Below, piece after piece: positions 1-13,786 of a stretch of DNA of 64,000 nucleotides (within the stretch, counting starts at the first letter, position 1; the number at the start of each line of letters is the position of its first letter). Under the pieces are notes generated by a model, which saw nothing but the letters and a program-made list of their open reading frames with translations, had not been told where the DNA came from and searched no databases. Source of the DNA: the human T2T-CHM13v2.0 reference genome, Homo sapiens; the NCBI RefSeq assembly GCF_009914755.1, contig NC_060948.1, one strand, 5' to 3'. Made by a program: the position numbers and the translations under genes.

Positions 1-974
1 AATGGAACGGAATAGAGTCGAATGGAATTGAATGGAATGGAATGGACTAGAGTGAAGTGGAATCGAACCACAAGGAATGGACAGGAATAGAATGGTCTCG
101 AATTGAATGGAATCGTATGGAATGGCATCAAACGGAATGGAATGGACAGCCACGGAATGGAATGCACTCGAATGCAATGGAGTCGAAACTAATGGACTGG
201 AATAGAATGGACTCGACTGGTACGGACTCCAATGGAATGGAATCGAATGGAAGGGAATCGAACGGAATGGACTCGAAGGGAAAAGACTGCAATGGAAAGG
301 TCTCGAATGGAATGGAAATTAATGGAATGGAATGGAATCGAATGAAATGGAGTCAAAAGGAATGGATTCGAATGGCAAGAAATCGAATGTAATGGAATCG
401 CCAGGAACTGATGTGAACGGAACGGAATGGAATGGAATCCAAAGGAATGGAATAGAATGGAATGGAATCGAATGGAAAGGACTCGAATGGAAATCACTCG
501 AATAGAATGCAATTTAATAAAATAGGATCAAATGTAATGGAATGGAATGGAAAGGAATCGAAACGAAAGGAATGGAGACAGATGGAATGGAATGGAACAG
601 AGAGCAATGGTATAGAATGGAATGGAATCATCTGGAATGGAATTGAATGGAATGGAATAATATGAAATGGAATGGAATGGAATGGAATGGAATGCCCTTG
701 AATTAAATGGACTGGACTCGAACAGAGTGGAATGGAAAGTGTTGAGACAGAATGGAATGGACTCCTTTGGAATGGTCTAGTATGCAATGCAATCGACTGG
801 CAGGGAATCAAAAGGAATGTAATGGAATGGATTGGACTGGAATGCAATGGACTCGAATAGATTGGAAACGGAATGCAAAGGAATGGATTGGAATAGTATG
901 GAATGGAATGGAAAGGAATGGAGTGGAATAGACTAGAGTGGAATGGAATGGACTGGAAAGCAATGGACTGGAAT

Positions 975-989
975 GGAACATTCTTGAAT
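975..989. promoter_or_regulatory. Consensus heat-shock element (HSE site A of monomer 1); function untested
   Basis: gGAAcaTTCttGAAt matches nGAAnnTTCnnGAAn; most intact copies in other monomers read gGAActTTCttGAAt. Confidence 0.45.
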
Positions 990-3202
990 GGACTGGAATC
1001 AAACGGAATGGAATGCAATGCAATCAAATGGCATGGAATAAAATAGAATGAAAGAGAATCAAATGGAATTGAATCGAATGGAATCGAATGGATTGGAAAG
1101 GAATAGAATGGAATGGAATGGAATTGACTCAAATGGAATGGACTAGAATGGAATGGATTCGAATGGAAGGCAAAGGAATGGAATCTATTGGAATGGACTG
1201 TAATGGAATGGAACGGAAAGGATTGGAATGGACTCGAATGGAATGGACTGCAATAGAAAGGATTCGAATGGAATGAAAAAGAATTGAATGGAATAGAACA
1301 GAATGGAATCAAATCGAATGAAATGGAATGGAATAGAAAGGAATGGAATGAAATGGAATGGAAAGGATTCGAATGGAATGCAATCGAATGGAATGGAATC
1401 GAACGGAATGGAATAAAATGGAAGAAAACTGGCAAGAAATGGAATCGAAATGAATGGAGTGTTATGGAACGGACTCAAAAGGAATTGAATGTAATAGAAT
1501 GGAGTGGAGTGGACTCGAATATAATGGACTGGAATGGAATGAAATCACATGGAATGGGAACGAATGGAATGGAATGGAAAGGAATGGAATCGAATGGAAA
1601 GGAATCGAATGGAAGGGAATGAAACTGAATCAAAAGGAATGGAAGGGAATAGAATAGACGGTAATGGAATGGACTCGAATAGAATGGACACGAATGCTCA
1701 AATTGAATGGACTCGAATGGAATGGAAACGAAAGGAATGTCATCGAATGGAATTGAATCGATTGGAATGAAATCGCATAGAATGGAGTGGAATCAAATGG
1801 AATTGAATCGAAAGGAAAGGAAGCGAATGGACTGAAATGAAATGGAATGGAATTGAATGGAAAGTAATGCAATGGAATAGAATGGAACGAAATTTCACGG
1901 AATGGAATCAAACTGAATGGAATCAAATCAATGGAATCAAATCAAATGGAATGGAAAGGAATTGAATGGAGTAGATGGGACTGGATGGGATTGGAATGAA
2001 ATGTACTGGAAAGGACTCGAATTTCATGAAACGGAATGGAATGAATTGGAACGGAATGGACTCGAATGGAATGGAATGTCATGGAATGGCATCAAATGGA
2101 ATGGCATCAAATGGAATGGAATCGAATGCAATGGAATGCTATGGAATGGAATGGAATGCATTGGAATGGAATGTCCTCTAATGGAATGGATTCGAGTGGA
2201 ATGGAATCGAATATAATGGAGTCGAATGAAATGGAATTGAAAGGAATGGGATCGAATACAAGGGAATATACTGGAATGTAACGTAATGAACTCGAATGTA
2301 ATTGACTGGAATGGAATGTACATGAATGGAATGTAATCGAATGGAAAGTAATCCAATGGAATAGAATCTAATGCAATAAAATCGACTCAGATAGAGTAGA
2401 ATGTAATGGAATGGAGTGCAGTGCAAAGGAATGGAATGGAATGGAATGCAATGGAATGGAATGGGATGGAATGGTATGGAATGGATAGTAATGGACTGGA
2501 GTGAAATGGACTGGAAAGGAATGGACTCAAATTGAAAGGGCTCGAAAGGAATGGAGACAAATGGAATGGTCTGGAATGGAATGAACACGAATGTAATGCA
2601 ATCCAATAGAATGGAGTCGAATGGCATGGAATATAAAGAAATGGAATCGAAGAGAATGGAAACAAATGGAATGGAATTGAATGGAATGGAATTGAATGGA
2701 ATGGGAACGAATGGAGTGAAATTGTATGCAGTAGAAGAGAATAGAATGGAATGCAAGCGAAAGGAAAGGAATGGATTGGAATGGAATGGAATTCATTGGA
2801 ATGGAAGGGAATGTAGTGTAATGGACAGGCCTGGAATAAAGTGGAATGCTACGGTCTCGAATGGAATAAAAATGTATGGAATGGAATGCAATGAAACGGA
2901 ATCGAATGTCATAGAATGTAATGGAATGCAAAAAAATGGAATCCAAAATCATTGACTGGAAAGGCTGGGTGTCGAAAGGAATTGACTCCAATGGAATGGA
3001 ATCGAATGGAATGGAAGTGAATAGAATCGAACTAAATCGAATGGAATGGAATTGATAGGAACGGAATGGAAAGGATTGCAATGATTTGGCATGGAATGGA
3101 ATCGAATGGCATCGAATGGAATGGAATGGAATGCAATGGAATGGAATGTATTAGAATGTAATGAACTTTAATGGAATGTACTCGAATGGATTCGACTGGA
3201 AT

Positions 3203-3217
3203 GGAATGTTCTGGAAG
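3203..3217. promoter_or_regulatory. Consensus heat-shock element (HSE site B of monomer 1); function untested
   Basis: gGAAtgTTCtgGAAg matches nGAAnnTTCnnGAAn; recurs in each complete monomer except 18, where it is deleted. Confidence 0.5.
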
Positions 3218-3482
3218 TGAATGGACTCCAATGGAATGGATTCAAAAGGAATGGAATCGTACGGAATGGAATCTAATGGAATGGAATTAAATGGAAATGA
3301 ATCAAATTGAATAGCACGGAATTGAATTGAATGGAATGGAATGCAATGGAATCTAATGAAACGGAAAGGAAAGGAATGGAATGGAATGGAATGGGCTGGA
3401 ATGGAAAGGAATCGAAACGAATGGAATGGAATCGAACTGAAGAGACTGGAATGGAATGCACTGGAATGGAAGGGAGTGTAAT

Positions 3483-3497
3483 GGAAGGTTCTCGAAA
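3483..3497. promoter_or_regulatory. Consensus heat-shock element (HSE site C of monomer 1); function untested
   Basis: gGAAggTTCtcGAAa matches nGAAnnTTCnnGAAn; recurs in the complete monomers. Confidence 0.5.
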
Positions 3498-3580
3498 AAA
3501 ATGGAATCGAATGGAATGGAATTGAATGGAACGGAATAGAGTCGAATGGAATTGAATGGAATGGAATGGACTAGAGTGAA

Positions 3581-6500
3581 ATGGAATCGAACCACAAGGA
3601 ATGGACAGGAATAGAATGGTCTCGAATTGAATGGAATCGTATGGAATGGCATCAAACGGAATGGAATGGACAGCCACGGAATGGAATGCACTCGAATGCA
3701 ATGGAGTCGAAACTAATGGACTGGAATAGAATGGACTCGACTGGTACGGACTCCAATGGAATGGAATCGAATGGAAGGGAATCGAACGGAATGGACTCGA
3801 AGGGAAAAGACTGCAATGGAAAGGTCTCGAATGGAATGGAAATTAATGGAATGGAATGGAATCGAATGAAATGGAGTCAAAAGGAATGGAATCGAATGGC
3901 AAGAAATCGAATGTAATGGAATCGCAAGGAATTGATGTGAACGGAACGGAATGGAATGGAATCCAAAGGAATGGAATAGAATGGAATGGAATCGAATGGA
4001 AAGGACTCGAATGGAAATCACTCGAATAGAATGCAATTTAATAAAATAGGATCAAATGTAATGGAATGGAATGGAAAGGAATCGAAACGAAAGGAATGGA
4101 GACAGATGGAATGGAATGGAACAGAGAGCAATGGTATAGAATGGAATGGAATCATCTGGAATGGAATTGAATGGAATGGAATAATATGAAATGGAATGGA
4201 ATGGAATGGAATGGAATGCCCTTGAATTAAATGGACTGGACTCGAACAGAGTGGAATGGAAAGTGTTGAGATAGAATGGAATGGACTCCTTTGGAATGGT
4301 CTAGTATGCAATGCAATCGACTGGCAGGGAATCAAAAGGAATGTAATGGAATGGATTGGACTGGAATGCAATGGACTCGAATAGATTGGAGACGGAATGC
4401 AAAGGAATGGAATGGAATAGTATGGAATGGAAAGAAATGGAATGGAATGGATTCGAATGGAATGCAATCGAATGGAATGGAATCTAACGGAATGGAATAA
4501 AATGGAAGAAAACTGGCAAGAAATGGAATCGAAATGAGTGGAGTGTTATGGAAGGGACTCAAAAGGAATTGAATGTAATAGAATGGAGTGGAGTGGACTC
4601 GAATATAATGGACTGGAAAGGAATGAAATCACATGGAATGGGAACGAATGGAATGGAATGGAAAGGAATGGAATCGAATGGAAAGGAATCGAATGGAAGG
4701 GAATGAAATTGAATCAACAGGAATGGAAGGGAATAGAATAGACGGTAATGGAATGGACTCGAATAGAATGGACACGAATGCTCAAATTAAATGGACTCGA
4801 ATGGAATGGAAACGAAAGGAATGTCATCGAAAGGAATTGAATGGATTGGAGTGAAATCGCATAGAATGGAGTGGAATCAAATGGAATTGAATCGAAAGGA
4901 AAGGAAGCGAATGGACTGAAATGAAATGGAATGGAATTGAATGGAAACTAATGCAATGGAATAGAATGGAACGAAATTTCACGGAATGGAATCAAACTGA
5001 ATGGAATCAAATCAATGGAATCAAATCAAATGGAATGGAAAGGAATTGAATGGAGTAGATGGGATTGGATGGGATTGGAATGAAATGTACTGGAAAGGAC
5101 TCGAATTTCATGAAACGGAATGGAATGAATTGGAACGGAATGGACTCGAATGGAATGGAATGTCATGGAATGGCATCAAATGGAATGGCATCAAATGGAA
5201 TGGAATCGAATGCAATGGAATGCTATGGAATGGAATGGAATGCATTGGAATGGAATGTCCTCTAATGGAATGGATTCGAGTGGAATGGAATCGAATATAA
5301 TGGAGTCGAATGAAATGGAATTGAAAGGAATGGGATCGAATACAATGGAATATACTGGAATGTAACGTAATGAACTCGAATGTAATTGACTGGAATGGAA
5401 TGTACATGAATGGAATGTATTCGAATGGAAAGTAATCCAATGGAATAGAATCTAATGCAATAAAATCGACTCATATAGAGTAGAATGTAATGGAATGGAG
5501 TGCAGTGCAATGGAATGGAATGGAATGGAATGCAATGGAATGGAATGGAATGGAATGGAATGGAATGGGATGGAATTGTATGGAATGGATAGTAATGGAC
5601 TGGAGTGAAATGGACTGGAAAGGAATGGACTCAAATTGAAAGGGCTTGAAAGGAATGGAGTCAAATGGAATGGTCTGGAATGGAATGAACACGAATGTAA
5701 TGCAACCCAATAGAATGGAATCGAATGGCATGGAATATAAAGAAATGGAATCGAAGAGAATGGAAACAAATGGAATGGAATTGAATGGAATGGAATTGAA
5801 TGGAATGGGAACGAATGGTGTGAAATTGTATGCAGTAGAAGAGAATAGAATGGAATGCAAGCGAAAGGAAAGGAATGGATTGGAATGGAATGGAATTCAT
5901 TGGAATGGAAGGGAATGTAGTGTAATGGACAGGCCTGGAATAAAGTGGAATGATACGGTCTCGAATGGAATAAAAATGTATGGAATGGAATGCAATGAAA
6001 CGGAATCGAATGTCATAGAATGTAATGGAATGCAAAAAAATGGAATCCAAAATCATTGACAGGAAAGGATGGGTGTCGAAAGGAATTGACTCCAATGGAA
6101 TGGAATCGAATGGAATGGAAGTGAATAGAATCGAACTAAATCGAATGGAATGGAATTGATAGGAACGGAATGGAAAGGAATGCAATGATTTGGCATGGAA
6201 TGGAATCGAATGGCATCGAATGGAATGGAATGGAATGCAATGGAATGGAATGTATTAGAATGTAATGAACTTTAATGGAATGTACTCGAATGGATTCGAC
6301 TGGAATGGAATGTTCTGGAAGTAAATGGACTCCAATGGAATGGATTCAAAAGGAATGGAATAGTACGGAATGGAATCTAATGGAATGGAATTAAATGGAA
6401 ATGAATCAAATTGAATAGCACGGAATTGAATTGAATGGAATGGAATGCAATGGAATCTAATGAAACGGAAAGGAAAGGAATGGAATGGAATGGAATGGGC

Positions 6501-6684
6501 TGGAATGGAAAGGAATCGAAACGAATGGAATGGAATCGAACTGAAGAGACTGGAATGGAATGCACTGGAATGGAAGGGGGTGTAATGGAAGGTTCTCGAA
6601 AAAAATGGAATCGAATGGAATGCAATTGAATGGAACGGAATAGAGTCGAATGCAATTGAATGGAATGGAATGGACTAGAGTGAA
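3581..6684 (+). repeat. Monomer 2 (3104 bp), with 440-bp internal deletion
   Basis: Spacing 3581 to 6685; a downstream landmark lies at offset 957 versus 1397 in monomer 1. Confidence 0.9.
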
Positions 6685-9600
6685 ATGGAATCGAACCACA
6701 AGGAATGGACAGGAATAGAATGGTCTCGAATTGAATGGAATCGTATGGAATGGCATCAAACGGAATGGAATGGACAGCCACGGAATGGAATGCACTCGAA
6801 TGCAATGGAGTCGAAACTAATGGACTGGAATAGAATGGACTCGACTGGTACGGACTCCAATGGAATGGAATCGAATGGAAGGGAATCGAACGGAATGGAC
6901 TCGAAGGGAAAAGACTGCAAATGGAAAGGTCTCGAATGGAATGGAAATTAATGGAATGGAATGGAATCGAATGAAATGGAGGCAAAAGGAATGGAATCGA
7001 ATGGCAAGAAATCGAATGTAATGGAATCGCAAGAATTGATGTGAATGGAACGGAATGGAATGGAATCCAAAGGAATGGAATAGAATGGAATGGAATCGAA
7101 TGCAAAGGACTCGAATGGAAATCACTCGAATAGAATGCAATTTAATAAAATAGGATCAAATGTAATGGAATGGAATGGAAAGGAATCGAAACGAAAGGAA
7201 TGGAGACAGATGGAATGGAATGGAACAGAGAGCAATGGTATAGAATGGAATGGAATCATCTAGAATGTAATTGAATGGAATGGAATAATATGAAATGGAA
7301 TGGAATGGAATGGAATGCCCTTGAATTAAATGGACTGGAATGGAATGGACTCGAACAGAGTGGAATGGAAAGTGTTGAGATAGAATGGAATGGACTCCTT
7401 TGGAATGGTGTAGTATGCAATGCAATCGACTGGCAGGGAATCAAAAGGAATGTAATCGAATGGATTGGACTGGAATGCAATGGACTCGAATAGATTGGAA
7501 ACGGAATGCAAAGGAATGGAATGGAATAGTATGGAATGGAATGGAAAGGAATGGAGTGGAATAGACTAGAGTGGAATGGAATGGACTCGAAAGCAATGGA
7601 CTGGAATGGAACTTTCTTGAATGGACTGGAACCAAACGGAATGGAATGCAATGCAATCAAATGGCATGGAATAAGATAGAATTAAAGAGAATCAAATGGA
7701 ATTGAATCGAATGGAATCGAATGGATTGGAAAGGAATAGAATGGAATGGAATGGAATTGACTCAAATGGAATGGACTAGAATGGAATGGATTCGAATGGA
7801 AGGCAAAGGAATGGAATCTATTGGAATGGACTGTAATGGAATGGAATGGAAGGGATTGGAATGGACTCGAATGGAATGGACTGCAATAGAAAGGATTCGA
7901 ATGGAATGAAAAAGAATTGAATGGAATAGAACAGAATGGAATCAAATCGAATGAAATGGAATGGAATAGAAAGGAATGGAATGAAATGGAATGGAAAGGA
8001 TTCGAATGGAATGCAATCGAATGGAATGGAATCGAACGGAATGGAATAAAATGGAAGAAAACTGGCAAGAAATGGAATCGAAATGAATGGAGTGTTATGG
8101 AATGGACTCAAAAGGAATTGAATGTAATAGAATGGAGTGGAGTGGACTCGAATATAATGGACTGGAATGGAATGAAATCACATGGAAAGGGAACAAATGG
8201 AATGGAATGGAAAGGAATGGATTTGAAAGGAAAGGAATCGAACGGAAGGGAATGAAATTGAATCAACAGGAATGGAAGGGAATAGAATAGACGGTAATGG
8301 AATGGACTCGAATAGAATGGACACGAATGCTCAAATTGAATGGACTCGAATGAAATGGATACGAAAGGAATGTCATCGAATGGAATTGAATCGATTGGAA
8401 TGAAATCGCATAGAATGGAGTGGAATCAAATGGAATTGAATCGAAAGGAAAGGAAGCGAATGGACTGAAATGAAATGGAATGGAATTGAATGGAAAGTAA
8501 TGCAATGGAATAGAATGGAACGAAATTTCACGGTATGGAATCAAACTGAATGGAATCAAATCAATGGAATCAAATCAAATGGAATGGAAAGGAATTGAAT
8601 GGAGTAGATGGGATTGGATGGGATTGGAATGAAATGTACTGGAAAGGACTCGAATTTCATGAAACGGAATGGAATGAATTGGAACGGAATGGACACGAAT
8701 GGAATGGAATGTCGTGGAATGGCATCAAATGGAATGGCATCAAATGGAATGGAATCGAATGCAATGGAATGCTATGGAATGGAATGGAATGCATTGGAAT
8801 GGAATGTCCTCTAATGGAATGGATTCGAGTGGAATGGAATCGAATATAATGGAATCGAATTAAATGGAATTGAAAGGAATGGGACCGAATACAATGGAAT
8901 ATACTGGAATGTAATGTAATGAACTCGAATGTAATTGACTGGAATGGAATGTACATGAATGGAATGTAATCGAATGGAAAGTAATCCAATGGAATAGAAT
9001 CTAATGCAATAAAATCGACTCAAATAGAGTAGAATGTAATGGAATGGAGTGCAGTGCAATGGAATGGAATGGAATGGAATGCAATGGAATGGAATGGAAT
9101 GGAATGGAATGGGATGGAATGGGATGGAATGGATAGTAATGGACTGGAGTGAAATGGACTGGAAAGGAATGGACTCAAATGGAAAGGGCTCGAAGGGAAT
9201 GGAGACAAATGGAATGGTCTGGAATGGAATGAACACGAATGTAATGCAATCCAATAGAATGGAGTCGAATGGCATGGAATATAAAGAAATGGAATCGAAG
9301 AGAATGGAAACAAATGGAATGGAATTGAATGGAATGGAATTGAATGGAATGGGAACGAATGGAGTGAAATTGTATGCAGTAGAAGAGAATAGAATGGAAT
9401 GCAAGCGAAAGGAAAGGAATGGATTGGAATGGAATGGAATTCATTGGAATGGAAGGGAATGTAGTGTAATGGACAGGCCTGGAATAAAGTGGAATGCTAC
9501 GGTCTCGAATGGAATAAAAATGTATGGAATGGAATGCAATGAAACGGAATCGAATGTCATAGAATGTAATGGAATGCAAAAAAATGGAATCCAAAATCAT

Positions 9601-10227
9601 TGACTGGAAAGGCTGGGTGTCGAAAGGAATTGACTCCAATGGAATGGAATCGAATGGAATGGAAGTGAATAGAATCGAACTAAATCGAATGGAATGGAAT
9701 TGATAGGAACGGAATGGAAAGGAATGCAATGATTTGGCATGGAATGGAATCGAATGGCATCGAATGGAATGGAATGGAATGCAATGGAATGGAATGTATT
9801 AGAATGTAATGAACATTAATGGAATGTACTCGAATGGATTCGACTGGAATGGAATGTTCTGGAAGTGAATGGACTCCAATGGAATGGATTCGAAAGGAAT
9901 GGAATCGAACGGAATGGAATCTAATGGAATGGAATTAAATGGAAATGAATCAAATTGAATAGCCGGAATTGAATTGAATGGAATCGAATGCAATGGAATC
10001 TAATGAAACGGAAAGGAAAGGAATGGAATGGAATGGAATGGGCTGGAATGGAAAGGAATCGAAACGAATGGAATGGAATCGAACTGAAGAGACTGGAATG
10101 GAATGCACTGGAATGGAAGGGATTGTAATGGAAGGTTCTCGAAAATAATGGAAGCAAATGGAATGGAATTGAATGGAACGGAATAGAGTCGAATGGAATT
10201 GAATGGAATGGAATGGACTAGAGTGAA
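6685..10227 (+). repeat. Monomer 3 (3543 bp), divergent
   Basis: Spacing 6685 to 10228; many private substitutions. Confidence 0.9.
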
Positions 10228-13200
10228 ATGGAATCGAACCACAAGGAATGGACAGGAATAGAATGGTCTCGAATTGAATGGAATCGTATGGAATGGCATC
10301 AAACGGAATGGAATGGACAGCCACGGAATGGAATGGACTCGAATGCAATGGAGTCGAAACTTATGGACTGGAATAGAATGGACTCGACTGGTACGGACTC
10401 CAATGGAATGGAATCGAATGGAAGGGATTCGAACGGAATGGACTCGAAGGGAAAAGACTGCAATGGAAAGGTCTCGAATGGAATGGAAATTAATGGAATG
10501 GAATGGAATCGAATGAAATGGAGTCAAAAGGAATGGAATCGAATGGCAAGAAATCGAATGTAATGGAATCGCAAGGAATTGATGTGAATGGAACGGAATG
10601 GAATGGAATCCAAAGGAATGGAATAGAATGGAATGGAATCGAATGGAAAGGACTCGAATGGAAATCACTCGAATAGAATGCAATTTAATAAAATAGGATC
10701 AAATGTAATGGAATGGAATGGAAAGGAATCGAAACGAAAGGAATGGAGACAGATGGAATGGAATGGAACAGAGAGCAATGGTATAGAATGGAATGGAATC
10801 ATCTGGAATGGAATTGAATGGAATGGAATAATATGAAATGGAATGGAATGGAATGGAATGGAATGCCCTTGAATTAAATGGACTGGAATGGAATGGACTC
10901 GAACAGAGTGGAATGGAAAGTGTTGAGATAGAATGGAATGGACTCCTTTGGAATGGTCTAGTATGCAATGCAATCGACTGGCAGGGAATCAAAAGGAATG
11001 TAATGAAATGGATTGGACTGGAATGCAATGGACTCGAATAGATTGGAAACGGAATGCAAAGGAATGGAATGGAATAGTATGGAATAGAATGGAAAGGAAT
11101 GGAGTGGAATAGACTAGAGTGGAATGGAATGGACTGGAAAGCAATGGACTGGAATGGAACTTTCTTGAATGGACTGGAATCAAACGGAATGGAATGCAAT
11201 GCAATCAAATGGCATGGAATAAAATAGAATGAAAGAGAATCAAATGGAATTGAATCGAATGGAATCGAATGGATTGGAAAGGAATAGAATGGAATGGAAT
11301 GGAATTGACTCAAATGGAATGGACTAGAATGGAATGGATTCGAATGGAAGGCAAAGGAATGGAATCTATTGGAATGGACTGTAATGGAATGGAATGGAAG
11401 GGATTGGAATGGACTCGAATGGAATGGACTGCAATAGAAAGGATTCGAATGGAATGAAAAAGAATTGAATGGAATAGAACAGAATGGAATCAAATCGAAT
11501 GAAATGGAATGGAATAGAAAGGAATGGAATGAAATGGAATGGAAAGGATTCGAATGGAATGCAATCGAATGGAATGGAATCGAACGGAATGGAATAAAAT
11601 GGAAGAAAACTGGCAAGAAATGGAATCGAAATGAATGGAGTGTTATGGAACGGACTCAAAAGGAATTGAATGTAATAGAATGGAGTGGAGTGGACTCGAA
11701 TATAATGGACTGGAATGGAATGAAATCACATGGAATGGGAACGAATGGAATGGAATGGAAAGGAATGGAATCGAATGGAAAGGAATCGAATGGAAGGGAA
11801 TGAAATTGAATCAACAGGAATGGAAGGGAATAGAATAGACGGTAATGGAATGGACTCGAATAGAATGGACACGCATGCTCAAATTGAATGGATTCGAATG
11901 GAATGGAAACGAAAGGAATGTCATCGAATGGAATTGAATCGATTGGAATGAAATCGCATAGAATGGAGTGGAATCAAATGGAATTGAATCGAAAGGAAAG
12001 GAAGCGAATGGACTGAAATGAAATGGAATGGAATTGAATGGAAAGTAATGCAATGGAATAGAATGGAACGAAATTTCACGGAATGGAATCAAACTGAATG
12101 GAATCAAATCAATGGAATCAAATCAAATGGAATGGAGTAGATTGGATTGGATGGGATTGGAATGAAATGTACTGGAAAGGACTCGAATTTCATGAAACGG
12201 AATGGAATGAATTGGAACGGAATGGACTCGAATGGAATGGAATGTCATAGAATGGCATCAAATGGAATGGCATCAAATGGAATGGAATCGAATGCAATGG
12301 AATGCTATGGAATGGAATGGAATGCATTGGAATGGAATGTCCTCTAATGGAATGGATTCGAGTGGAATGGAATCGAATATAATGGAGTCGAATGAAATGG
12401 AATTGAAAGGAATGGGATCGAATACAATGGAATATACTGGAATGTAATGTAATGAACTCGAATGTAATCGACTGGAATGGAATGTACATGAATGGAATGT
12501 AATCGAATGGAAAGTAATCCAATGGAATAGAATCTAATGCAATAAAATCGACTCAGATAGAGTAGAATGTAATGGAATGGAGTGCAGTGCAATGGAATGG
12601 AATGGAATGGAATGGAATGCAATGGAATGGAATGGAATGGAATGGAATGGAATGGAATGGAATGGAATGGGATTGAATGGTATGGAATGGATAGTAATGG
12701 ACTGGAGTGAAATGGACTGGAAAGGAATGGACTCAAATTGAAAGGGCTCGAAAGGAATGGAGTCAAATGGAATGGTCTGGAATGGAATGAACACGAATGT
12801 AATGCAATCCAATAGAATGGAATCGAATGGCATGGAATATAAAGAAATGGAATCGAAGAGAATGGAAACAAATGGAATGGAATTGAATGGAATGGAATTG
12901 AATGGAATGGGAACGAATGGAGTGAAATTGTATGCAGTAGAAGGGAATAGAATGGAATGCAACCGAAAGGAAAGGAATGGATTGGAATGGAATGGAATTC
13001 ATTGGAATGGAAGGGAATGTAGTGTAATGGACAGGCCTGGAATAAAGTGGAATGCTACGGTCTCGAATGGAATAAAAATGTATGGAATGGAATGCAATGA
13101 AACGGAATCGAATGTCATAGAATGTAATGGAATGCAAAAAAATGGAATCCAAAATCATTGACTGGAAAGGCTGGGTGTCGAAAGGAATTGACTCCAATGG

Positions 13201-13786
13201 AATGGAATCGAATGGAATGGAAGTGAATAGAATCGAACTAAATCGAATGGAATGGAATTGATAGGAACGGAATGGAAAGGAATGCAATGATTTGGCATGG
13301 AATGGAATCGAATGGCATCGAATGGAATGGAATGGAATGCAATGGAATGGAATGTATTAGAATGTAATGAACATTAATGGAATGTACTCGAATGGATTCG
13401 ACTGGAATGGAATGTTCTGGAAGTGAATGGACTCCAATGGAATGGATTCGAAAGGAATGGAATCGAACGGAATGGAATCTAATGGAATGGAATTAAATGG
13501 AAATGAATCAAATTGAATAGCACGGAATTGAATTGAATGGAATCGAATGCAATGGAATCTAATGAAACGGAAAGGAAAGGAATGGAATGGAATGGAATGG
13601 GCTGGAATGGAAAGGAATCGAAACGAATGGAATGGAATCGAACTGAAGAGACTGGAATGGAATGCACTGGAATGGAAGGGAGTGTAATGGAAGGTTCTCG
13701 AAAATAATGGAAGCAAATGGAATGGAATTGAATGGAACGGAATAGAGTCGAATGGAATTGAATGGAATGGAATGGACTAGAGTGAA
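10228..13786 (+). repeat. Monomer 4 (3559 bp)
   Basis: Landmark spacing; GCATGC variant at 11873; 15-bp deletion near 12130. Confidence 0.9.

Larger units (their letters stand above)
57..3580 (+). repeat. Monomer 1 (3524 bp)
   Basis: Landmark spacing 57 to 3581; short pure GGAAT tract; 10-bp deletion near 710 shared with monomer 2. Confidence 0.9.

Noticed and set aside
510-525. AATAAA hexamers (several per monomer on +) as poly(A) signals or an AT-rich promoter element
   Set aside because: They arise easily from GGAAT decay on an A-rich strand, and no downstream GU/U-rich element is visible. Not supportable without transcript data.
2016-2031. Possible fourth HSE at CGAATTTCATGAAA
   Set aside because: The GAA-to-TTC spacing is 1 nt rather than 2, so only a two-pentamer TTCnnGAA is present.
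10699-11616. Recurring ~305-316 aa minus-strand ORF starting MPVFFHFIPF
   Set aside because: Recurrence simply reflects monomer identity. It is broken in monomers 2, 3 and 8 and has variable C-termini, so there is no evidence of coding constraint.
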